A stretch of DNA of 64,000 nucleotides from a virus, in the IMG/VR virus record IMGVR_UViG_3300030430_005376, positions 73,661 through 137,660 of that record. The stretch is one strand, 5' to 3'. Each line of letters begins with the position of its first letter. Within the stretch, counting starts at the first letter, position 1. Of the stretch, positions 9,212 to 19,067 are shown in pieces. Under the pieces are notes generated by a model, which had not been told where the DNA came from, ran no database searches, and worked only from the letters and a program-made list of their open reading frames with translations. A program made the position numbers and the translations under genes.

Positions 9212-12200
9212 TTATTCAAAACTTACGCCTGAATTGGTAATAATGAAATCTATTGCAATAAATTCTGCTGCTCTTGTTGGGACAAGCACAATTCTTCCAT
9301 TAAGTCTATTCTGTTCTGCGTCTTCTGCAGTGTTGTTTGAAGAATCCATTATGACTCTGAAAGAGTCAATTCCTTGATTAGATTGGATTCTTGCCAGGCG
9401 AGGCTTTGTTGAATCAATAAATCTTTGTCTAGTAACAGGTGTGTTCTGTTCAAAAATCAAACCGTTTGCAATATCTGACACAATTCTCTTAACTTCTAGC
9501 AACATTCTTCTGACGTTTACTCTATCTAGCGCAGACTTTGCTTGCTGTAGCGTTTTCTGTCCAAATATCACAAATCCTCCGTCTGGGAATGAAGCGATAG
9601 GATTAATTCTTGTTTCATACAAAACGTTTCTATCTTCTGCGTTTAACCGAACCTCAGTGTTTAAGACCGAATCTAGTGCGCCTCTGTTAAATCCTGCAGG
9701 TGCAAACCACGGGAAAGCTACCCTGTCGTTGAAACCAAGGGCTCCGAGAGCAGCCACACTAGCTGGTACGTTTACTGCATCACCGTTAACTTCATCATTG
9801 ATAATTACATCTGGGAAGTAAACAGCTGAGTAGTTACTGTCAAGAGCTCTTCCTTCAAACTGTTCAGCAGTTTTTCTTACGTTTGGCCGAGTCGAAGCTC
9901 CATCGTAAAGCCTAGTAAGATCATCGCTAAACGGAGGAATGTCCATTAAGTATATTGCTTGGCTGTACTCTTTTGTTTTCTCCATCGCATGATCGGTAAT
10001 GAAAGAACTTCTTAAACCTGGAAGTGTCACAATGTTAACTCTTGAAGCAAAAGGATCTGTAAGTATTGAGATTGCTGTTCTGTAAGAGCTCACAATGTTG
10101 TTTTCTTTTCCAGCGCCTGGCGAAGAGACAGCTGGCAAGTTTTCATACCCAGCAGCACCTCCAGTTGCTTTGCCTCCAGAGGCAACGTCAGAAGACTTAT
10201 CATTCATAAGTCTTTGGTCTCTATCGAGAATGTTTAATCCGTCAAAGCCGCCATACATCATGTTAGTAAACTTCATGTATTCTGTAAATTTATTGAAAGC
10301 AGTGGCGGACTTAGCAGCAGCCAAGCTAGCAAATGTTAACCTATCTAGAGCACCGTCCTTAATAGTGTATCTGGGCTTTTGAACTTTACCATTTCTGATG
10401 TACGCCGCCTCTACCATGTGTGCCGAGACAGAACCTGTTATTTGATTTTGCAAAGAAACTGCGTCATCTAGGTTTTGAGTCGCAGATGCTGGCTGATTGA
10501 AGAAGGCTACTCTTGAAAGTGTAAATTTATTGTCATTGAATAAGTCAACAGAAGAACCAGATAGTAATAAGTCTGATTTTTCTACTCCCAAGAACTTAGA
10601 GTAGGAATCTAATAATTTGTTTCTTTTACCAGATGCATTTGATTGCAAGACAGGGTTTGTAATGTCTTTTGATGAAGGAACAGTCTCAAATTTTACACCG
10701 AAGAAAAGCCTAGAGTCAGCTAGTTCTAAGATACCTGGGTCTCCTGTAAAGGAAGGAGAACTGTTAACTGCGCCTCTTGAAGCTTTAAACCTGAGAGGTA
10801 CTGGTGGAAGTATAGATCTCTGCAATGCTGAACTACCAACGCAACCTAATCTAAGAGTTGATGCGTGGTCACTTCCTCCTGCAAGAGTTGAAGTAGAGTC
10901 TGTAAGTGAAGTCGTTGTCTTAATCAGTGGAAGCCCTCTGAATCCGAAAGGAAGCGCGTCAGCCGGGACTTCGCCGTCTTCAACAGCAGCATTCATGACA
11001 ATTCTAACAAAAGAAGATCTGTTTGGTCTCTTACCCGAAACGTTCACTCTTCTTTCAGACTCAGTCTCTGCATCAAAATTAAACACGGCTTTGAAATCAC
11101 CAATCTTGGTACCGACATAATCATCATCACCTGGATTAAGTGTGCAAAGAGGATACTGCTCCAGAATTTTCATATCAGTGTCAGTATCTGTGTAGTCTCT
11201 TACTAAAACTGTAAAAGTTCCGTATGGATTCTTAGGATCTGTTGATCTTCTTAAGTTTGATATTGAAATTTTAACTCTTCTATTTCCTGCGACACCATCA
11301 TCAATTGACTCAAAGTGAAACAAGTCATACTCAGTATCTCCAAACGGCTGTGAGATAAACGAAGTGCTTCTCGAAGGACGATATCTTGTATCAAATCTTC
11401 CGTAGAGCTCTGTAAAGGGAGATCCTAATAATCCTCCAGACTGGACTTGAGCATCTGATCCAGATGTGATACCTACGCTACCTGCAGAAGTCTTTACTTT
11501 TGCAAGTTCTGATTCAATTGGAAAGTCTGCATAGAGCAAGTGCTGCTCAGTGCCGAATCTGTCTGGGTTGGTGTTGAGAATTTTTCCAACAAAGTGTTGG
11601 CTTGCTGGATCTAGAGAAGCTGTGTAGATCCTAAGACCTGCTTGACCTTCATCATTTCCGTACAAGGATCCCATTGAAGAAGAAAGTACTATCTTAAAAG
11701 TACCAGCCCCAGAGCTACCGTCGTAAGCACTTATTGTTGCAATATCGTCGCTCACATTCGAGGTTGAGTAAGACTGATCATGGTCCAGAACCATGACTCT
11801 GGATCCTGTAGCAGTAAGTATCATTGATCTTACAAAGTGCATGTCGCCTGTAGATGTTACAGAGCTGTTATCTGTAAGTACTGGATAACCTGCTGCCTCA
11901 TTTGTCCCCTGTGTATGAATTGCTGTTAAAAACTGAACTGTTCCGTTGTATCTACTATCTTCAGATGCTTCTGCTCTAGAACCTGAGAGTCTGAAGCCTG
12001 CGTTTTTAACAATACCTGCAGTTTGTGTTAGAGAAATTTCTGATGTCGTAGCGTTTGCACCTGCCCCCAACACTCTAATGTATGTAAGAGCTGTTCTGTT
12101 TTTTAACCACTCGTTAGCTGCATAAGGACCAAACCTATCAGGGTCTAGAGAACCAAATTTTGATTCAAAATCAGCAAATGATCCCACAGTAACTGGCACA

Positions 12201-12328
12201 AACGCAGGTCCTTTTATTGAAGTTCCAATTACTCCTGCCGGGGTGCCTACAATCTCTGTAGTACGCTGAGTGAGATCAATCTCTCTCTCAAAAAAGCCCG
12301 GAGATCTGAAAGTTTGTTCTGCCATCAA
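9212..12328 (-). CDS. gp18: Tail sheath protein 2 (gp18-like)
   Basis: SPGFFEREIDL N-terminus; WFAPAGFNRG, FGQKTL, DRVNVRRML, PTRAAEFIAIDF. Confidence 0.93.
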   Translation of the reverse strand: MMAEQTFRSPGFFEREIDLTQRTTEIVGTPAGVIGTSIKGPAFVPVTVGSFADFESKFGSLDPDRFGPYAANEWLKNRTALTYIRVLGAGANATTSEISLTQTAGIVKNAGFRLSGSRAEASEDSRYNGTVQFLTAIHTQGTNEAAGYPVLTDNSSVTSTGDMHFVRSMILTATGSRVMVLDHDQSYSTSNVSDDIATISAYDGSSGAGTFKIVLSSSMGSLYGNDEGQAGLRIYTASLDPASQHFVGKILNTNPDRFGTEQHLLYADFPIESELAKVKTSAGSVGITSGSDAQVQSGGLLGSPFTELYGRFDTRYRPSRSTSFISQPFGDTEYDLFHFESIDDGVAGNRRVKISISNLRRSTDPKNPYGTFTVLVRDYTDTDTDMKILEQYPLCTLNPGDDDYVGTKIGDFKAVFNFDAETESERRVNVSGKRPNRSSFVRIVMNAAVEDGEVPADALPFGFRGLPLIKTTTSLTDSTSTLAGGSDHASTLRLGCVGSSALQRSILPPVPLRFKASRGAVNSSPSFTGDPGILELADSRLFFGVKFETVPSSKDITNPVLQSNASGKRNKLLDSYSKFLGVEKSDLLLSGSSVDLFNDNKFTLSRVAFFNQPASATQNLDDAVSLQNQITGSVSAHMVEAAYIRNGKVQKPRYTIKDGALDRLTFASLAAAKSATAFNKFTEYMKFTNMMYGGFDGLNILDRDQRLMNDKSSDVASGGKATGGAAGYENLPAVSSPGAGKENNIVSSYRTAISILTDPFASRVNIVTLPGLRSSFITDHAMEKTKEYSQAIYLMDIPPFSDDLTRLYDGASTRPNVRKTAEQFEGRALDSNYSAVYFPDVIINDEVNGDAVNVPASVAALGALGFNDRVAFPWFAPAGFNRGALDSVLNTEVRLNAEDRNVLYETRINPIASFPDGGFVIFGQKTLQQAKSALDRVNVRRMLLEVKRIVSDIANGLIFEQNTPVTRQRFIDSTKPRLARIQSNQGIDSFRVIMDSSNNTAEDAEQNRLNGRIVLVPTRAAEFIAIDFIITNSGVSFE

Positions 12329-12383
12329 TTTCTCCTAAATTTTCTATTATAACTATGTTTCGAATTCTTAAACATCTCTTTAA

Positions 12384-13595
12384 TTATGAATCAATTGACT
12401 CAATTTCCTCTAATAATTCAGAAGAGGCGACGGTCTCGCCTGTTCTTTGATTTCTATGTCTTACTTTTGAAAATTCAGTCTTTGTGCTATTAGTAAAAGG
12501 ATTGACAATTTTGTTTTCAAGAACTTCTCTGCTTTGTCCTCTCTGCAGTTGATTTTCTTTTATGTTTGTAAGATCTTGAAGTACATGCCTTTTAACCTTG
12601 TCTCTCTTTCTCTCAGGCTGATAATCAATTACTTCTGCTTCTCCTTGAGTTACACCAAAACTAATTTCTGGTGCAGATATGTAGCTTCTCAATAGTTTTG
12701 GCATGCCCGGGTGTTTAGGATTGATAATGTAGCCCGGAATGGTAACTGTGAAGCTGTGTTTAATAATTCTTTCACTCTCAGTAAATTCATCTAAATTAGT
12801 GCCGGAATTTGAGAAAGGACCTGAAAAGAAAGCTACTAATTCATATCCTCCTTCTGTCAGCATTGGTATTTCTTCACCTTGCCCGGTAAAGTTAAGCAAA
12901 AGTGTTTCAATCATTTGGTTTGATTGCTTCATGTACTGTGTCCAAAAAATCACATCATAAGTCACTGCAACAAATTCTGGATAAGGTATTTCAATAATTT
13001 CAAACATGTTGCGACCTAAGTCTTCTTTTAGCGATACTTCAGCAACACTAGAAAATCCTAAATTTGCAGAAGATCTTCTAGTAGAGACAGATTCAGGTCT
13101 TGCTGCAAAGCCCGGAGTTGGGTTGTTTAGAATAAAGTTGTTTTTTGATGATACATTTTTTTGGCTTTTGAGCCCCTGCTTGTTAATAATATTTTGATAC
13201 TTTCTATCTCTTTCGCTAAGTCTATATTTGATTATATAACTTTCTTGTTCTCTAAAAGCAATAGCAGTTCTTTTGTTTGCTTGAGATGGTGAAAAGTCAA
13301 TATTTTGTCGCATTATTGAAACTAAAGGTAAAATTAGAGCGTTTTCACTGTCTCGAATTGGGTTCTTTCTTCTTGTAAGCGCGAATCTTTCACCTGACGC
13401 AAAAATAACAGGAACTTTCTGAACAGAACCTTTGTTTTTTACTTCAAAAGAAATTTTCTCATCAAATAATTTAAATATAGCTCTGTCAATATCAGCAATT
13501 CCTATTGATGGTATGTCAAAGTCTTCTGGTGCATTATTACCATCAAAACTTCTAATTATCTTTTCACCTTTTGGATCATTTGGATTGTGAGCCAT
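12384..13595 (-). CDS. Probable tail terminator / sheath stabiliser (gp15-like)
   Basis: VPVIFASGER, LILPLVSI, QMIETLL pattern; between neck and sheath genes. Confidence 0.55.
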   Translation of the reverse strand: MAHNPNDPKGEKIIRSFDGNNAPEDFDIPSIGIADIDRAIFKLFDEKISFEVKNKGSVQKVPVIFASGERFALTRRKNPIRDSENALILPLVSIMRQNIDFSPSQANKRTAIAFREQESYIIKYRLSERDRKYQNIINKQGLKSQKNVSSKNNFILNNPTPGFAARPESVSTRRSSANLGFSSVAEVSLKEDLGRNMFEIIEIPYPEFVAVTYDVIFWTQYMKQSNQMIETLLLNFTGQGEEIPMLTEGGYELVAFFSGPFSNSGTNLDEFTESERIIKHSFTVTIPGYIINPKHPGMPKLLRSYISAPEISFGVTQGEAEVIDYQPERKRDKVKRHVLQDLTNIKENQLQRGQSREVLENKIVNPFTNSTKTEFSKVRHRNQRTGETVASSELLEEIESIDS

Positions 13596-13597
13596 TT

Positions 13598-14263
13598 TCA
13601 GTCCTCATCATAGAATGCAGAACCTACGTTACTAGAATCGCCTTCAGGTGAAACTTCTTTTGGTCCTGTGATTGGGCCTTCAAGTACTCCTCTCTTCTGG
13701 AGCTCTCTGACATCGCCTGTTTCGCCAAGTTTGTTATTCTTAGCACCTCTTTGTTGTACAAATGTATCTTGAACAGCATCTTCGTCTGTAAACGATTCTG
13801 AAGTTGGACCAAACACCTTTGATATAAACTGGCCTTTTCTCGACTGTTTGCCTGTGATTGTAATATACTGCTTGTTCTCAATTTGTCCAAAAATAACATT
13901 TGTCGCAGGGCTTTTAATGACTTCAAAAAATACAGTGCCGTACGAAAAAAAGTCCCCCTCTAATATCTCTATCCCTTTGTCAATTAAGTCTCTAGACTGT
14001 ATGTACGCTTCAACCGTGTAGTACTCTTCTGAACCGAATCTATTTGTTCTAATTTCTTGAGGAAGGTACTTAACTAAACAGTCTATTTCGATCGGGTTTT
14101 CAAAGACTTTGTCTGGTGATTCTTCATACACATCATGAACTTTAGACTTAATTTCACTAATCGGAAAATAGTAGATTCTTTGTCCTATTACGTCTTTTAC
14201 AATTTCTTTAGCAACATCGTTGATGAAGTTAATTTCTCTTGGCGTTATAAAAACTCTACCCAT
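13598..14263 (-). CDS. Probable neck protein (gp14-like)
   Basis: EIVKDVIGQRIYYFP, VYEES, EGDFF pattern; synteny with gp13/gp15-like genes. Confidence 0.55.
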   Translation of the reverse strand: MGRVFITPREINFINDVAKEIVKDVIGQRIYYFPISEIKSKVHDVYEESPDKVFENPIEIDCLVKYLPQEIRTNRFGSEEYYTVEAYIQSRDLIDKGIEILEGDFFSYGTVFFEVIKSPATNVIFGQIENKQYITITGKQSRKGQFISKVFGPTSESFTDEDAVQDTFVQQRGAKNNKLGETGDVRELQKRGVLEGPITGPKEVSPEGDSSNVGSAFYDED

Positions 14264-14266
14264 GTA

Positions 14267-15442
14267 TTACCCCATAAATATTGCTTTACCTAGTGGCATA
14301 GGTACAAAGCGAAGTTGCTTGTTCATTTGTTCTGCCCGAGTAGACTGTATTTCTATCAGCTTGTCATATGTCATTGTTTCGAGCATTTCTTTCAGCTGTG
14401 TTTTCAACTCTTTCTGATCTTCACGCCCTTGTGATATCAAGTCTCCTCCGTTTAGTGTGACATCACCTCCAGGAATGGGTATGTTTCCAAATTTTGATCG
14501 AACGATACCTAGTTGTTCTCTGCTCAAAGCAAGAGTGTATTGCCTTATCCACTGTCTTCCTATCGAATTAATCTTCTTGTATTCAATGTTACCAAAAGGA
14601 AGATTTGACATGTTTGATACACCTGCAATAGTTGCGTCTTTATAGGCAGGTGATGTCGGGTCTGGATATTGTCGCACTCTTATGTAAAGTTTTTTCTCAG
14701 TAAGTGAAGTAGGCGTTGGAAATATCCTAATTTTTGTGCCGCTTATTTCGTAAGAGTAGTTTGATCTTCTTACGCGGTTAGACAAATCAAGCTGTCCTGC
14801 TCTAAGAATATCTTCGAAAACAGGTAGAACATAAAATATTGTTTCTGGAGTAAATGATTCAAAAGAAAATTCATTATTCAAGTAGTTGATTGCTGAAGTT
14901 GTGTCAAAAAATCTATAAGCAGCTTGTGGGTTAAAGTGAAAAACTTCAACTATTTTAAGTTTACCCTTAGCATCGTTGAATATGGCATTGTCATTAGAAT
15001 CTTTTAGCTCTGTGTACATGTCATAGTCTTGACGACCAGACTCTAGAGCAATTGAGCCTGACACTGTGTTATAAGATCCTCCGACACCTGCTTCCATTGC
15101 GTAAGGTTCAGCAAATCTAGATAAATACTCAAGGTTGTCTCTAATGAATTTTTCTTCGCTGCCGGACGCTATGTGAGGATTATCAGCGCTTCCTGTTGGA
15201 AAACCTAAATAATTTACAAGTTGAGACTTTGCCTGGTACTGATTTAAAATTGAACTATATTCTAGCGTTGACTCTTCAAAATTTGCAAAAATTTGTTTTT
15301 TTGTGAGTTCAACACTTAAAATATCATCGCCCATCTTTCGCTTAACAAATGTGACAAGATTATCAGCCTCGCTTGAAAAAGACGAATCATCGTCGAAAAT
15401 ACCAAACGGTGTTGCGTTAGAAGTATTTGCAAATGTTGTCAC
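14267..15442 (-). CDS. Probable neck/head-completion protein (gp13-like)
   Basis: KRKMG...VELT, WIRQYTLAL, GGDVTLNG motifs; GTG start with GGAG RBS. Confidence 0.7.
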   Translation of the reverse strand: MTTFANTSNATPFGIFDDDSSFSSEADNLVTFVKRKMGDDILSVELTKKQIFANFEESTLEYSSILNQYQAKSQLVNYLGFPTGSADNPHIASGSEEKFIRDNLEYLSRFAEPYAMEAGVGGSYNTVSGSIALESGRQDYDMYTELKDSNDNAIFNDAKGKLKIVEVFHFNPQAAYRFFDTTSAINYLNNEFSFESFTPETIFYVLPVFEDILRAGQLDLSNRVRRSNYSYEISGTKIRIFPTPTSLTEKKLYIRVRQYPDPTSPAYKDATIAGVSNMSNLPFGNIEYKKINSIGRQWIRQYTLALSREQLGIVRSKFGNIPIPGGDVTLNGGDLISQGREDQKELKTQLKEMLETMTYDKLIEIQSTRAEQMNKQLRFVPMPLGKAIFMG

Positions 15443-15503
15443 AAAAATCTCCGACTTTTTGGTTCATAATATATATCGTCGAAAGTTTTGTTTGTCTAGA
15501 ATC

Positions 15504-16826
15504 TTAAATAAGGTTTTCTATTTCAAAAAATATGTCGTCTTTCGTATCAATTCTAGACTCAAAAAGGTCAGCTAGTTTAAAATTGAGAATCATCTTTTTA
15601 ATTTTTTTTGTGTCTTCTTTTATTTGATTGCTAGATTTTTTATTTTTATCCTCTTGTTTTGAGTTTGCATCACTTATATTATAAAGGTCAAGCACATTTT
15701 TTTCAAAGTCGTCTATCAGATCACAAATTTTTTCATATTCTGCTTCTACGTTTCTATCACTCATCAGGTGCATCATCGCGGTGTCTCTGTTTTTCATCAA
15801 GTTTTGCAAAGAAACAAGATTTGTAATAATTTCGTTTTCTCGATTAATGTAGTAATCTAAACTATCTTTTGTGTCATTGTTCTGTATGCGGGCTTGCTCT
15901 ATATCATCTAACCCTTCCATTTCGCTAAAGTCGTCGTCAGGGTCTAATAGTCTTACAAGATTTGTTTCATTTATTTTTTGCTGAGGGGACACAGCGGACC
16001 AAGATTGAAACGGCGCATTAGTCGGCTCTTTATAGTCTAATATTATCACATCAATTACAGGTTTGATTTTGTCATTGTTTATAGTTTTGACGCCTTTAAA
16101 TTTTGATCGCCCTGGAATTGGCCTAAAATAAAATTTGTTATTTCCCGGGTCGATTGCTATTTGTGACCTTGTCTTGTAAGATGATAAGTTTCTGTGTGCA
16201 TCATACGCTGTGTGATTACCAAAGAGTTTATAATTTAGTCCATCGAGTATTTTTTCGATTGTTGCTCCTTGAGAAAACATAACTTCGCCGACTGCTTTTC
16301 TTGTTACCGAAGAGATGTAATCCATGTGATCGTCGTCTAGTGAGAAACCACCTCCGAGCAATTCAATGGAATGATTTGTTCGAACTGTAGGTGTTTTCTT
16401 TTTAGTCACATCTAAAATTTTTGGTTTGCCTCTTTTATCAAATTCTAGAAGTACTGCATTGTTCTCACTTATAATAATTGTATTGCCATATACTTCGTGA
16501 TTCGGTTCACACATTAAATTTGCAGCTTGAGATGGAGTTTTTGCTTGCATGAGAGCACGCAATATATTTTTACCTTCGTCCGATTTTTCTTTATTAAAAT
16601 CAGTACCGTTTTCTAAGGCGGAGTTTAATATTCCAATTCTTGTGTGTCCGTTATATCCTTCCATATAATTTGTGTCATAATCATAAAGAATAACATACTC
16701 TGCATCTTGACTAACTTTGTGCACAATTGAAACGCTAGGTGAATACACTCTATCTCTATTTTTTGCAATGACAAAACCGTTATCAATCTTTTTGCAGCCA
16801 ACAACGCATTCTTCTATGAGAGACAT
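15504..16826 (-). CDS. Ntn-hydrolase-fold protein (peptidase C45/NRDE-like)
   Basis: Cys7 followed by KNRD, later VRTNH and SSVTRK, matching Cys-nucleophile Ntn families. Confidence 0.55.
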   Translation of the reverse strand: MSLIEECVVGCKKIDNGFVIAKNRDRVYSPSVSIVHKVSQDAEYVILYDYDTNYMEGYNGHTRIGILNSALENGTDFNKEKSDEGKNILRALMQAKTPSQAANLMCEPNHEVYGNTIIISENNAVLLEFDKRGKPKILDVTKKKTPTVRTNHSIELLGGGFSLDDDHMDYISSVTRKAVGEVMFSQGATIEKILDGLNYKLFGNHTAYDAHRNLSSYKTRSQIAIDPGNNKFYFRPIPGRSKFKGVKTINNDKIKPVIDVIILDYKEPTNAPFQSWSAVSPQQKINETNLVRLLDPDDDFSEMEGLDDIEQARIQNNDTKDSLDYYINRENEIITNLVSLQNLMKNRDTAMMHLMSDRNVEAEYEKICDLIDDFEKNVLDLYNISDANSKQEDKNKKSSNQIKEDTKKIKKMILNFKLADLFESRIDTKDDIFFEIENLI

Positions 16827-16852
16827 TAGTTACAACCCATTTATCGTATAAG

Positions 16853-17638
16853 TTAAATATCTAGATGATCGTAAAACATCACTTGCTGATTGTATAAGTC
16901 ATCAATTGTCTTGATATTACTTTCATTTGTAGTTAACTTTTTGTATAGCTCAATATCTTTTGACCAAGCTCTGCCTGTCCACCACTCAAATCCGGCGTAA
17001 TTACTTTTACTTAATGCACTACACTCATAAGAAGAGCCGAGATAAATGTAATCAAAACCACTATTTTGTGCAACTTGCTGCTCTACGTAATAGCTTATTT
17101 TTCCTAAGTTGAGTTCAGGTGAAGCATAATCCCAAGAAAATTGAGTAGCTACAACCGAGTTGTTGACAACATCTAGCAGGGAAAAAGCGACAGGTTTTTT
17201 AAAATGATAAAAGACAATTGTTATACGATCGTCACCATAGTCAGATTTTGCAAACGGGTGATCAGCCCCGTACATATCTACAAAACCTCTGGCATTTAGA
17301 TAAAGGTTGTATATCTTTATCATGGTCTCGACATCAAAACTGTCATAGAGCTTATAAGATAAATTGTTATCTTTGTTTAAAAGCTTCCTGTGCCTTTTTT
17401 TAAAAACATAATCACTAGGTTTCAACCTGGCTGTCCTGCTTTGATACCACACAGGAGTTCCGCTTTCCTTACATTTTCTAAACCAACTACAGTTAGGGTT
17501 ATACCAAGTAGACGTAATTAACCACCCATTTTGTAAGGCGTAATCAAACTGATCACGCTCAAATATCGCAGATACAGGAGAATGTATTATTTCATACTCT
17601 TGAGTTTTACCAGCGACGTGATCAAAAAATAGCTGCAA
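16853..17638 (-). CDS. Aminoacyl-tRNA-protein transferase homolog (ATE1/Bpt family)
   Basis: ALQNGW, QSRTAR, WDY...LGKISYY...GFDYIYLG...SKSNY resemble the ATE domains. Confidence 0.7.
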   Translation of the reverse strand: MQLFFDHVAGKTQEYEIIHSPVSAIFERDQFDYALQNGWLITSTWYNPNCSWFRKCKESGTPVWYQSRTARLKPSDYVFKKRHRKLLNKDNNLSYKLYDSFDVETMIKIYNLYLNARGFVDMYGADHPFAKSDYGDDRITIVFYHFKKPVAFSLLDVVNNSVVATQFSWDYASPELNLGKISYYVEQQVAQNSGFDYIYLGSSYECSALSKSNYAGFEWWTGRAWSKDIELYKKLTTNESNIKTIDDLYNQQVMFYDHLDI

Positions 17639-17641
17639 GTA

Positions 17642-18244
17642 TTATTCCTGTTTTAACAAAGTAAATTCCCATCCGGCGCTTCCGGCTTCGACAGACTTAA
17701 GCTCAACTTGGACTTTTAGAGGTGGTGCTTTAAAGTCATCCGGGACAGGATCTCGCCAAATAATCCTGTTGGAGGGCTGGGCTGCGATTTGACCGTTGTC
17801 AAGCTGGATTAGATAAGCAGACTTTCTTATCTCTGGAGACTCTCCTCCCGAACCAATGGCCCAGTCAATAGTGCAATAGTATTTTCCGGCGAAGAAGCCT
17901 TTGCCTGGTACGTATACATTGCACCGGCGACCAAACAGCATGTTGTAAACTACTGAAGTACAGTGATAAGAAAAACAATCGTAAACTTGAAGTTGCGAGA
18001 GAGACAGTTGATCTCCTTCTGGTTGTTTCCACTTGATTGCATCAATCGGTAATCTCTCATATATTGCACCGTTTTCTAACTCTACATGAAAAGATAGCAC
18101 TCTGCACATAATTGAACAACCTGCAAAGATAACACCTTTAAAGTACGCTTGATCAGGATTATTTGCAATGACATTTGAATCAACAAGAACTGGAAGAGGA
18201 TCCAGATTAGTGAGTAAAAAGTTTTTTTGAACTAATCTGTCCAC
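17642..18244 (-). CDS. Conserved phage hypothetical protein
   Basis: GAIYERLPI, YDCFSY, YYCTIDW, LDNGQIAAQPSNRI; tightly coupled to neighbours. Confidence 0.7.
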   Translation of the reverse strand: MDRLVQKNFLLTNLDPLPVLVDSNVIANNPDQAYFKGVIFAGCSIMCRVLSFHVELENGAIYERLPIDAIKWKQPEGDQLSLSQLQVYDCFSYHCTSVVYNMLFGRRCNVYVPGKGFFAGKYYCTIDWAIGSGGESPEIRKSAYLIQLDNGQIAAQPSNRIIWRDPVPDDFKAPPLKVQVELKSVEAGSAGWEFTLLKQE

Positions 18245-18246
18245 AG

Positions 18247-19059
18247 CTATTCTCCTAAAGAATACAAGTCAAAAAGACTTTCTAGTCTTCTCTGATTTAA
18301 CCATTTTAGGGAGATTCCATCTTTTATTTTTCTCGTTATTCCTGGACCATTAGAAGCAGCTGTAAAATTTATAGACCCACCGTAACTTACGCAAGGTATT
18401 CCATATACTTCAATTTTTTTAAATCTCTTAGAAAATTTTTCAACCCATGTATAAGTCTGATTAGGACATAAGTCAAAGTTGTCTGACTGAGATATTATTA
18501 TTCCTCCTGGTTTGAGTAGACTAAAAATTGCGCTCATTACTTCATCTGACATTATACCTTCAGAGGGAGTATCATGTTGAGGGTCAGTAATGTCTAGAAA
18601 GATAGCGTCGTATTTTTCTTTACAGTGTAGCGCCCACTGACATGCATCTTCGACATGGAGAACGCACCTTTTATCATTAAAAGAGTCAAGGTTAAGAGAA
18701 GAGAGATACTTTTTAGAAGCTTCAATGACTTCTACGTCTATTTCTACAAGATCTACAACGATATCATCATACTTTAATATTTCTCTAACCAGGCATCCGT
18801 CTCCTCCACCGAGAACAAGAGTTCGGCTTGGTGAGTCCAGAGAGTTCAATACTGGGTGGACCATAGACTCGTGGTATTTTGCATCATCGAGTTCTGAAAG
18901 TTGAAGTATATTATCTAAAACTAATGTCTTGCCTAAAGAGCCTAATTCAACTACTTGAAGCTTTTGAAACTTGGTTAAACTCTCGTGTAAGACTTTAATC
19001 AGAGGAAATGTGTGTGCGTGTCCTTCGTTAGAGAGTACAAAAGTCATTTGATTTGTCAT
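18247..19059 (-). CDS. speE: Spermidine synthase / aminopropyltransferase
   Basis: YHESMVH, VLGGGDG, VEID, DITDP, LKPGG motifs. Confidence 0.9.
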   Translation of the reverse strand: MTNQMTFVLSNEGHAHTFPLIKVLHESLTKFQKLQVVELGSLGKTLVLDNILQLSELDDAKYHESMVHPVLNSLDSPSRTLVLGGGDGCLVREILKYDDIVVDLVEIDVEVIEASKKYLSSLNLDSFNDKRCVLHVEDACQWALHCKEKYDAIFLDITDPQHDTPSEGIMSDEVMSAIFSLLKPGGIIISQSDNFDLCPNQTYTWVEKFSKRFKKIEVYGIPCVSYGGSINFTAASNGPGITRKIKDGISLKWLNQRRLESLFDLYSLGE

Positions 19060-19067
19060 TTTAAAAC

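Noticed and set aside
4326-15442. Extracellular contractile injection system or tailocin interpretation (two sheaths, tube)
   Set aside because: Capsid, portal, protease and terminase genes in the same window show a complete phage
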